From contig CM022670.1 of assembly GCA_012295275.1 (NCBI GenBank), positions 29,388,001-29,452,000 on the forward strand: 64,000 bases of DNA, given 5' to 3'. The notes under the pieces were generated by a model that was not told the DNA's origin, ran no database searches, and worked only from the letters and a program-made list of their open reading frames with translations. The translations under genes were made by a program, and so were the position numbers. Shown here piece after piece: positions 1 through 12,648 of the stretch (positions are counted from its first letter, which is position 1; each line of letters starts with the position of its first letter). The DNA is from Chrysomallon squamiferum (Eukaryota; Animalia; Mollusca).

Positions 1-855
1 AACGCACCAGCTACTACACCTCAATCAGGGAGGATGCTGCTGTCAAACAGAGAGTAATCACAATCACTGCTACTAGTCGTGACATCGGCGTCAATGCAGA
101 CCTCACCTATGCCATTGTTGCCGGCAACGAACAAGGCAAATTTAAAGTTGAAATGAAAACAGGTTTGCTATACCTTTTAAATAAATATAATAATATACAT
201 AAGGTTATATGAATAAAAATGAATACATAAAATATACACATATGCACACATGCACACACACATACCTACACAAAAAATACAGACTGACACATATGAACAG
301 ACACACAATCAAAAATAAAAACTAGTTTTAAAATCTGTGTATGCTGCAAAATAATTAAATTTCATAATTCAACATTATTAACATGTATAACACATTATTT
401 TAACAAATAATTATTTCAAGATTTCTATGAAACTAAAATAATTATGTAGAAAAAAGCATTTTGGTTTTTGCTTCCATTTTCATTGATTGAGCAAAAAATT
501 CCTACAAATCAGAGATTGATTTTTGTAAATTTTTCTTTGATAGCATGAAATATTTGTATTTAATTACTAGGTGTAATTCGAGTGGCGACACAGCTGGATT
601 ACGAGGTTTCCAGACAATATTTCCTCACCTTGATGGCCAAAGACAGCAGCGTCTCACCTTTGAGTAACACAGCAATAGTGAACATCAACATCACTGACGT
701 GAATGACAACGCTCCGCGATTCGGACAGCAGACTTACAGCACCACGATTCGGGAAGATGCCCCTGAAGGGACACAACTGATACGGGTAAGGAATAAAGTA
801 TACGTTGTTGTTATTAACAGCCCTTTATCCTTTTAAGCAAAAATTATTTTATACA

Positions 856-889
<34 letters not shown>

Positions 890-2989
890 ATGTATACATA
901 TGTATGTATGTTTGTTTATACATATATGTGTGTGTGTGTGTGTGTGTATTTATGTGTGTATACATACAGACACAACTAACAGGAGTATGGAATACAGTTT
1001 ACATTGTTGTTATATACACATGCCTGTGTGTGTGTAGAATTTGATATTTTTAATGCTTTATTTATTTATTTGTTTATTTTTATGCTATAAAACTGAAAAT
1101 CACTTGCTAATATAGTAAAATACCTTTACATTATTAAGCTTTTCAGAACAAAACAACATGTCTGTTGTAACCACATTTTAATATAAACTTTTGTTTGATA
1201 TAATATTATTAAAACATAACTTTACATTATAGGTACTAGCTACTGACATTGATAGTGCTCCTAATGCACAGATTACATATATTATTACCAGTGGAAACAA
1301 TGATGGAAACTTTCTCATAGGTCCACAGGATGGAATACTCAGAATTAAGGAACCATTAGACAGAGAAAAGGTAAGCTATTGGATATTTGTATACAGGAAA
1401 CAAAATTAATTTGTCTCCAGTTTCTGTATTGCTTTTAGTTGACTGAATGTACAAAGATAATAGCATAAGCTGAACATCTTAAAATGTAAAAAGAAATCTC
1501 TGTGTTATAAAACTTAATGAGACTATACTTAACATTTGATTGCAAATAAAAATCATGGAAAGTAGCCATATAGGAAAATAAATAATTGTATTATGCCAGA
1601 ATATGTTTTCAGTTCAACATGGTTGACAAATTCTGCTGTTTGTTACAGGTGCAGAGTTATGCACTGATAATACAAGCCATGGACTCAGGTAGTCCTAGAT
1701 TGACAGCTACATCCATCATAAACGTTGAAGTGTTAGACGCCAATGATAACCCACCACGATTTAGTCAGACAAACTACACAGCATTTGTACAGGTAAAAAT
1801 ACCTTTTCTAGTCATCTGTTTTTACCCCAGTTTTGTCATTTTTTGGTGATAGGTTTGGTTTAGAAAGGTGTTTGATGTTTTAAATTAAAAATACCACTAA
1901 TCCTCAAGTGCTATTTATTTATTATTATTATTATTTTTTTTTTTTAAAATGCCAGTTTAGCAGAACAAGCATGATTTCCTTTTTTGTTGACTTTTTTATA
2001 ATGGAGAAGATTTTATTTTGTAAAGTGCATTGTTGTATGTTACATTTGTCATCAAGTTTCTCAAACGTGTATGCACTAATATTTTTCAATTAATAGTAAT
2101 AATTATTAAATTTTGACCTCAGATATAATGTTTTCCTTGTTATTGTCCAAAATGCATTTAGTTTGGGAATTTATTTCCTATTAAGATTATGTTTTTTAAA
2201 ATTTTTATTTCTGTTATGATTAAAATTTAAAAAAGAACAAAAAAATCAGCAACAAATAATCTGATAGATAATATATTTACTTACTTATTCATTTATTTAT
2301 TTTATTTATTTTTATTATGTTATATGTATATATTATTGTTATTATTTGTTACTTTTTTCTAAAAATGATTCGGTTCCTTCCTGATAAAACAAGAATAAAA
2401 TCTGATAGATTATGTGAAGACTAGGTTAATTAATCATTTAAATTTTTGAACTGACTTCATTATAAACTACTGTACATAGAAGTTTTATTTTTAAAGATAA
2501 CGAAATATTTATTGTTTGTGGTTTCACATTTTTCTATTAAATATGGATTAAGCACTTTGTGGACAACATAGATAGCACTCACATACCCTTTGTTGTTGTT
2601 GTCCTCTAGAAATAGAGATCATGTTTTGTTTTCTTAGTACTAATACATCATGCTAATTTTTTTCCAGTTAAATCTCTTGTCTTTGTTCCAGTCTAATTAT
2701 GTACAATGTTGTTGGAGCAGTTAGTAACAAAAGATACTTTAAATAGATTTCTTTTTTACAATTATTATTGTTATTTATTTATTTATTTTTTAATGTAATT
2801 TTGGGTTTGAAAATAAAAACTATTTAATTTGATTTTAAATTTTATCACCGTGTTCTGAATGATTATGTTTGAAATTTCATTTTTTTATATCATTATTTAT
2901 ATTATTTAATTTAATTTAATTTAATTTAATTTAATTTTATGTTATTTATTTATTTATTTATATTATTAATGTGATTATTTTCATTATCG

Positions 2990-3024
<35 letters not shown>

Positions 3025-4227
3025 ATTATTATTATTATTATTATTATTTTTATTTTTATTTTTATTTTTATTTTTATTAGTAGTAGTATTACTGTGTGTC
3101 AGATATCATGTTGATTGCTATTTTCTCCAGTTTTCCATAAATCATTTCTTTTGTTCACTTCTTGTTCCTCCAAACAGAGATCCAAACTGATGGATGTAGT
3201 AAGTAGTTAAACAGGGCATGGTCTGTTCAGATCATTTCTGCATGTAGTTTCACTTTGTGTGCCACTGTCTGCTGCCATTTACACTATCATTATATGTACA
3301 CACACATACACATTTACCTGTTTCTGAGTATATAGGTATTAATTAAAATACAACCCAATCAATGTCTGTATAGAATGTAATTTTCTATTCATATAAATAT
3401 ATAAATATCTGAAAATATTTGAACTTTCCAAAACATTTATTTCATTTTTCTTTTGATTATTTAATTCTTTGTTGTCCATCCATTACCTTCATTTCTTAAA
3501 TATGTTTTTATTTCAAATTTGTTTTATGTGTTTTTTACATTGTGTAAAGTTATTTAATTAAAAATCAGCCCAAATCTTTATGATTTGGTTGCCTCAGTAC
3601 ATCAAATGGGCTATTTCCCAATCCAGCCAGTTTTTAACAACATTTTGTCAAATGCTGTGGTATGTCTTCTCCTGTCAATAACTCAATAAGAAGATGCATA
3701 TAAAAGATTCCTTGCTGGTAACTGAAGTGATGGCAGCAAGTTTCCTTTTAGTTTGTGCCATCATAAGACAAAAGCATTAGCTGCTATTACTAATATTGTA
3801 ATTAAATAAATATTTATTTTATTTGTTCATTCCTTTAAATACTATACATAGCACATTATACCAAGAGTTCATTTACAAATATACATTCATCTTTTTTTTC
3901 TTTTATTTTTTCTTTTATAACAAAAATATTCTGAGATCAATCTTTTGCCATGAGCGCCTTAGATGTTTGAGATTATTGGAGCTAATGTAAAATTTCTCAG
4001 TTAACTTATGTTGATGTTATCTTTTAGTTTACCTGGGTTTTTTTTCTTTTCCCTGAGTCATCCATTTGTTGTGCTTTAGTTAGTTTGAAATGTTGCATAA
4101 AACTTTCAGAATGTTGCATCTTTGTCTTTCATTTGTTTCAAATGGCAAAAAGCATGACTTCTATTTTTAATATTTGACTATTATTTATTTTTTTGAAATT
4201 ATTTTCTTGAAATTGTCATTTAAACTG

Positions 4228-4263
<36 letters not shown>

Positions 4264-4598
4264 GTTGTTAATATTTGTTTATCATTTTATTTAAATGGAT
4301 GTTTTTTGTGTTTTTTCTTTTATATTTTAATTTATTACTACTTTCATTTGTTTACTTTTTATTACTACACTAGCAAAATAATATTTTTTTTTCTTTTATA
4401 ATTTAGTTTATACTTGAAATTTGGTAGTATAAATTTAACAGATAATAGTAGATTTAGAGCAAATCCTAAACTTTATCATACAACATTGTAGTGTAAATCT
4501 TTACTTGTTTCTTTTGTGCATATAGTTTTAGATCAAGACTTTAGCTCAAAATAAATAAATAAATAAATAAATAAATACAAATTTAAAAAACCCAACAA

Positions 4599-4631
<33 letters not shown>

Positions 4632-7600
4632 CTAAAGAAAATACATAAAAAACCCCAATGAAAAACAATCAGTATCAGGGTATAAGTGATCAAAAATCAA
4701 ATTAAACAAAACATTACATTCCTGTTTTTTGTTTGTCGAGTTTTTCATATTTAAATATTATTTTTCTGCACCATTTCCTTTGTTTTATTTTTATTTTTCT
4801 CTTGGGCAGATATAAATAATAATTTTAAAATTGATATTTTAGACAGAATGTTCCCCAAATTAACTACAGTCAATAGAACTTTATATTATATAAATTTTAA
4901 TATATTTTGCCTTTTTATTATTTAAAATAGTTTCTATTTATTCAGTTCTTCAAGTCATTTTCTATAATGTAAAATTTGTTTCTTTTCATTCTTCTGATTC
5001 TTTTCATTTATCTTTGCATTGTAGATGTTTTATAAAATTAGAGACCAGATAATTACCTGAGTATATATTTCATGTTTTTTTTTTTTTTACTAATTGAAAT
5101 ATTTTCATCATTTCATTTATTTAATATGACTTTTTTTTTTTAAACTTAAAAGTTTACACTTTATTCAGAATTATTTGTTATGATGTAAATACAGCAGGTT
5201 TATAAATACTACTTCAGCAAATTGTTATACAGTTCCTGTTACTTTGTAAATTATTCAGACATTGTCTGGTACAAAATATTTTCATATTTAGTCTCAATAA
5301 TAAAAAAGAAGTGTTATTTAGCTTTCAAATAAATTATTCTGTTGATGATAACTTTTTCAGGAAGGTCGCAAGGTTGGAATCCAGATTCTACAATTTTCTG
5401 TCACAGACAAGGATCAGCCTGAAAACCAGGGTCCTTTCTCATTTGACATCATTGATGGCAATGATGAAGAAGAATTTCATGTGAACAGAATTGGAATCCT
5501 GAGCACAGCAGGCAAACTGAACAAACAGATCAAAGACCTGTACAAACTGACAGTTCGGGCTTTTGACAGTGGCCAGCCACCACAGTATTCTGACACCATG
5601 GTTACCATTCACATCATCGATGAGAGCATGCATGCACCTGTGGTGCGTAATCTTTCCATAGCAATCAGCTCCTACATGGACAAATTTGGAGGTGGCATTA
5701 TTGGTAAAGTGGATGCCCAAGATTCTGATCCATATGATGAACTGATTTTCTCAGTGGTGTCACCAAACCAGCATCTGTTTGAAGTACGAAGGGACAGTGG
5801 ACATGTCATCGCTCACACAGGTCTTGATGCTGGAAACTACATTATTAACATCAGTGTTACAGATGGCAAATACACTTCATATGGTATAGTCACAGTCAAA
5901 GTGTCATCAATATCTGAGGAAATGGTTGACAATGCAGTAACAATCCAGTTTGAAAACATGATCCCAGAACAGTTTTTTGCTTCTATTAAAAAAGACTTCC
6001 AGAGAGTTTTGAAAAGGGAGTTAAATGTTCGTACCAGTGATGTTCAGATTATTAATGTGCAGCCATCTGTTGAAAGTTTGGGAGCAACTCGTAAAAGAAG
6101 AAGTGAACCGAATAATCTTGATGTTCTTTTTGCTGTACGCAAATCACCTGATAAATACTATAACAGAAATTCTCTTCGTCGTAAAGTTGAACGTGCAAAG
6201 GGAGTGATCAAGAGAGTTCTGGGAGTGAATGTTGTGAAAGTGTTCAGTGACATCTGCACCAAGTCTCTCTGTAAAGAGAGTACTTGTGTGGGTGGGGTGG
6301 ACTTTGATGGAAATAATCTTGTCCCTGTGGTTGTTGGAGGTGACAGTTTTGTTTCTGCTCGACACAAGTACACATATCATTGTATCTGTCATGATGGTAA
6401 GAATATCAGAAATATTTTATAACTTAATAAGAACAGAGTATAAAAATAAATCTTCATATTTATTAAAAACAACTGTTCTTAGGCTTTTTTCTTTTCTAAA
6501 TAGAATTTTATTTGATGCTTTAAGATCAGCTAAATATTTAAAAATGTATATATATATTTCATATCCTTTATAAGTTTATTGTGTTTTTATTTTATGCAGG
6601 TTCTTGTCCAGAGGCAACAAGGAAGTGTGGAGGTACAACCTGTCCTCCATACAAGCTCTGTGAACAAGACGCACTTGGTCGTTACAACTGTGTGTGTCCA
6701 AATGGCAAGACTGGAGAAAATTGTGATGAGGAAATTGAAAGATGTCGACCAACTGATATCAACTGTCAAACAGGTAATTTAGAATTAAGTAAATATAGAT
6801 TATTAGAACCACTTTAACATCTTAGTCTCTTCTTTAATATTATTAATTTTTTCTAGTAGTGGGATATTGTACCTGACAAAGTTCTCTGGTACTATCATTT
6901 CTTAATAAATTATCATGATAAGGGAACAAGATTATATTCCTAAATCTTGATTAACTTCTTCTTTAATACAGCTTAATAATAGAATGATGTTAAATTCACC
7001 ATTAAATAACATTGCTAAACATTAATTAGTTCACTCTGCTGATTATATCATTGTTGAAAACATTTTAAATCAGTATTTTTATTTTTATTTTGTGTTATTT
7101 AGGAGAAAGACCAATGACATTTATTGGTCGGAGTTATGCTAAATGGACCCTTGGACTCCAGACAGATAAACATCTCACATTGTCCATGTGGATCAGAACT
7201 CGCAAATCAACAGCCAACCTCATGTACTCTAAAGGCAGAGTTGACTACAGCATCCTTGAAGTAAGTAATAATTGTATTTTACATTTAATGATTTATACTG
7301 CTTTCAAATAGCTTAAAATAGAATTCTGTTACTGATGTTGTTTGTATTTATTTGTCTTTAATAGTTGTTGATATTCAAGAAAAAAAATGTTGTCTGAACT
7401 AAAAAGAAGAATACATATTTTTTATATATCTGTGTGTTCTGTGTATAAATAAGTTTAAAAAGTAAGAAATAACTGCACCATTTGTAGATTGTTTTATCCT
7501 GTTTTTCAACCCAACATTGTGAATAATAAAACTCATTTTTCAGTTAGTGTTTTACTTGTTGTCCTTTCAGATAAGTGGTGGGATGTTGATATACAGATTT

Positions 7601-10600
7601 GACTGTGGCAGTGGACCAGGAGTGATTAGAATTCCAGTTGACGTCACTGATGGCAAGTGGCACAGGGTGATGGTTGAAAGGAATGGCCGCCTGGCTGAGA
7701 TGTTACTAGATGATAAATACAAAGCTATGACAGTTGCACCTGGAGGCAATGACATCCTAAACCTGGACACAGATGATATTTACTTTGGAGCTGAGGTGAA
7801 CATTTTGCACACTGGATACAGGGATATAAAGAAGGGTTTTGAAGGTTGTATCAAAGACATTCGACTGTTTAACATTCCACTGTTGTTTAGTGGCAGCAAC
7901 AAGGTTTCTTTGTCACAGGAGTTTGAACAGGTGGACTTCCACTGTAAAGAAGACCCTTGGCAATACCCCGGAGAAAGTAAGCTTTTATTTTGTTTTATAT
8001 TTGGTCACATTTGATTTTCTTTGTCACTACCTGATTTTCATGCTTAATGAATAGTTGTAGTAAATTATTGTCAGATGCTTTCAGTGGATTATCATCATTT
8101 TTAAAAGTTTATAATTGTATTGTTGTTTGTTTCAGATGTGTGCAGCAGTTTCCCATGCATGCATGGAGGCACCTGCATGTACACTGGATTGAACTCCTAC
8201 AAGTGTCAGTGTAAGAGCAGATACTATGGTGAAAAGTGTGAAGTTGACAGCAATCCATGTGCAGATAAGCCGTGTACTCACCAAGGTAAAAATGTACATA
8301 TAAGAGTAATGTCTTAAACTGTTTGGCAAGACAAAGTTTTTCTTAAGATGGAGGAAATGAGCTGTGTTCTGATGTTCAGCATTATGGATTACAGGATCTA
8401 TGCTTTGTATACCCTTTAGGGTAATTTTCATTTAACCATTACCCCACTCCTATTTTACAAATGACTGTGGATCTCCTGTCTGTGAAGGAAGAAGCATACA
8501 AAGGTCCTATACCACTAATGAATAAAAATAGGTGTTTTCAAAAGTGAAAGATTGAGCCTGATTTGTGATATGTTTGAGATTTCATTAAACATAATAATTC
8601 ATTCATCAGTTTCTTCTGCCTGATGCATCAATGCTTTGTTAACAATTCATTTATTTGTAATATGTATACTGAATTATTAAATAACTAATGTCTTGTGTTT
8701 TACAGGCCAGTGCTTCAAAGACAAAGATGTCCCCAATGGTTACCACTGTCAGTGTCCAGGCAGATTTCAGGGGAAGAGATGTGAATATGGCCACAATTGT
8801 ATTCCCAACCCTTGTCAAAATGGAGGTACTTGTATTGAGGGACCAGATTCTGCAGTTTGTCACTGTATTCCTGGATATGAAGGTATTAGTCTTCTTAACT
8901 TCATTTTTTTTGTTTTGAGAAAGAATAACCATTTAAAGTATAATTCTTAAGATAATATGTAGTATAATGATTCATTTGAAAGAGTGTAATTTGAAATTGA
9001 GAATTATATAAAACATCAGATTATTATAAGCTATGTACAGGTTAAAAATATTTTTAAAAGGAATAAGTAAAATGTATTTTTAATTTTGTGTGTGTCCTGT
9101 TAAAGAAAAGAATGGGTATATACCTGATATGTTTTATATAATTATACACACATTATAAAACATCAACCACAAAACACAACTCTTAGAGTTCTTCAATACA
9201 TAATGTCATTGTGTTAAAAAGAAGCTCAGTTCTTAAACAATGAGAATGTAAATATTATTGTTACTATACCCAGGTCCATGGTGTGATACAACACTAGATC
9301 TGTGTAAGACAAACCCCTGTCTGCATGGCGGTGTATGTCACGTGATGAATGGAAAATACTACTGTAACTGTACCAAAGACAGAACTGGAGTGATTTGTGA
9401 AGATGTCTACATTCCATCCATTGTTTCTTCTTCAAGTGGAATTAACACTGAGGAGATATATGGCATAGCAGGTAATGTATACACAAAAATCAGCATCTTT
9501 TGCAGTAATTATTCTGTTTGGTTTGAATATGGTTCTTCAGTGTTTATATCTGTTTGTTATTCTACCATACCACAAAGCAATTATTGGGCAGATGTGATCA
9601 GATTCCTTTAAATCCAATGACTTTTATTGATTTATTGTTGTTGTTCTCATATGTTTATAATTGCTACCTAGCCTTTTTCTTTGATTGAAATACACATGTA
9701 AATTACAAATTTTTGTGTATATTTGAATAAATTTAACAAATATTTTATTTATGTCTGTCTCTGTGTCTCTTTGTGTGTGTGTGTGCGCATGTGTTTTCTT
9801 TTTTTAAATGAACTTTTCAAATTTAGACTTCATTGGTTTATGTGACTTATATTTATTTATAACTTTATTTATCTCTTTACAAATATCTGTAAGTCAATGA
9901 AAATGGTTAAATCTACTGAATGTATTTTATTATGCCATTATTTATAAATAAACATACAGTAGACATTATTGTAATGTTTTTTAAAACAGGTGTGGGTTTT
10001 GGCTTGATTCTGATAGCAGTCATATTTGTGTTTTGTCGCATCTGGAGACGGCGCAAGCGAGAACGTCACTGTAACAACATCACTCCTGGGATCACCACCA
10101 ACCAAGATGAGATGTTTTTCCAGGTTTGTAGCATTGTTTGTTTTCTCATTAACACACCAAATGAAAATAATAAGAGAAGTAAAAACATTAATTGCTTATG
10201 TGAAGAATAGTTTTCATTTTCAGTATAATTTTTTAATTTTTCTTTTAATATTTATAATAGGAATATATTTTGTTTAAATATAGATTGTCCAAAAAAATAT
10301 TATATTCTTCAGTTTCAGTAAAACAAATATTTTTGTTATCAGTCTTCAGCAGAATTGCATAATTTTTAGCTCTTTTTGGGTTATCTAGATTCAGTTTTAG
10401 TCATTTATCTGTCCTCGTTTATTTCTTTTTTTTCTTCTTAACTATCAGGGAATGAAAGGCAATGAAATGAAACGATGTAAAGTGAGCAATCCAGAGATTG
10501 ACTTGACGAGCACTGTGCAGATGTTACCACCACCTGTACCCACCCGTCCAGCGTCGTACACACCCAGCACCCATGACTCTCTCAACACACTTAACAACTT

Positions 10601-12616
10601 TGACACTGTCCGCAACTATGGCAGTGCAGCTGATGAGCTTGAATCAACAGGTATACACAATTTGCCAACATTCCAGGAGTACCTGCAGACTTTCCATGGG
10701 CCACACAACAACATTCCTCCTGCTCTTGTCCCTCTGCTCCCATCAAATCATGGATCAGAAACAGACTCGATTCAAAAAGAGAGTTTTGAGTTTGAGTATC
10801 CCAACATCATGGACAACTATTCTGATGGTATGTTCTACATTTGGTGTGTTAGCTTTTAATCTTTGTAGATTTGTTCTGTTATAATAGGTTAATATAATCA
10901 GATAGTTCATTAGTTGCTTTCTTCTCTTTTTTTTTTTAATGTGTTTCTATTATTATATTTGACAGATAGAAATCCTAGCATTATCTGAAAAATTGAACAT
11001 CAAAGGTCATTAAAGTTTGCTTTTGAAGTTAATACATGTATCTTGGAATAAAGGCATTTGCTTTATAATAAAAAGCTGATCTGAATGACTGTTTTTAATT
11101 CTTGCTGAAAACTGTTTTTGTTATTTAAAATATCAGTTGAGAAGTCTCATGCTAGTAAGCGGATGCCAGGAGTCAGTGCATCACCCAGTCCAAAGATTAC
11201 ACGATACGAGAATCCACGACTCCAGTCTCAGGGTCAGCGGGAAAGTCCACTGCTGTCTCGACAAGATGCAAGTTCCTTCAGCAGTTTGCCAGTCTCCGAA
11301 TCAGAGGAAGATCTCAACGGTGAGGATTATAAATACAGAACTTGTCTCTTCATGATAATCATAATTATTTAAACAAATACTTTCTCTTCTAATCTTTATT
11401 TTTATTCACAAAGAAATTATTTTGAAAGTATAATTATTTTTATGAGTAGATAAACAAAGAAGATTCTAATTCAAATTAATCAAGCAACTCAAATCAAATT
11501 TTGCATAAACATTAAACATGAACACAATATTTGATAATTTGTTATATTCAATAATTTTTGTTTTGAATCTTTATTATTTAAATTCTAAATAAAGGTTATA
11601 CCTAGATCTTTTTTTACCATAAATTTCATGAATTTTATTTCAGTTTTTCCTTTAATGAATCACTTTTTTTTAAACAGATGGTTTTAAAGACTTTAAATGC
11701 TTCTGTATATCTTTTATGGATATCCAGAAAAAATCAAATATATAAATATATCTTGATCTCTGTTTATTTAACTTAAACAAATTTAATTAAACATATTTAT
11801 TTATCTATAACTTCATTTAAATACCATTCATTATGCTGGATGAAGTTATGTTTTGTTTCATTTCTTTTTATAAAAGCTTATTATCATCTTCTTAACAATA
11901 TAAATGCATTATTCTTTTTGAAAAAAACAACAACAACAAAACCATTATGCATATCATGTTTGATAGCTACTAACTAATCCACCACTGTTTACCAATGATC
12001 CACTATACTTTCTTTCTGACACTTTGCAGCAAGACGAGGGAAAAAGAAAGGTAGAATGTACTGTCTTGTTTATATCAGACATGTCAATATTGTCTCCTAT
12101 TAATTAATTATGCATGTGACCTCGTTTTACTGGAGCCTGTGTTCTGTTCCAACGTTTATGGTGTGCATGTATTACCAACATACTTTCTCTGTTCTTTATT
12201 CATACAGTCGCAAATAGCATCTTGCTTTTCTTCATTTTGGAAACACTATTAAAGCTTAATGTTGGTTTTGTGGTAACACTGCAGTGTAACAGGGGGGTTT
12301 GTATTATTAAAAGTGTGTGTGATAAGGTTTATACTTTTCTATTTTACAGGACAAGTAGGTTCGTTTTGCATATTTGCTTTTTTTGTTCTTTTAATTTGTT
12401 TTATTTTTTAAAAGTTTTATTTTCATTTCCAAATATTCGTTTTATCAAATACATTAGATTTTATTTAACTGAAATACACAGGGATTTGGTAGCTATTTCC
12501 ATCAAAATGTTTCACTTGGTAAGGAACTTGTACTGTGTTTGGGAAGTGTTTTCATTTTTATTTGTTATTTTTCCTTTCATAAAATTAATTAACTCATTTG
12601 CTTAAAAAATTAAATC

Positions 12617-12648
<32 letters not shown>

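Noticed and set aside
2692-2719. Extra FAT microexon after ctttgttccag
   Set aside because: The best donor gives 28 nt (frameshifting) and the 9-nt alternative has a weak donor; insufficient support
4174-4401. Hydrophobic low-complexity ORFs (also 862-1044, 54296-54499, 56035-56217, 62800-63168)
   Set aside because: Translations of (ATT)n, (GT)n and poly-T microsatellites
5439-6769. Antisense and alternative-frame ORFs over FAT exons, and similar ones over the M4 CDS
   Set aside because: Shadows of the real coding frame with no independent motifs
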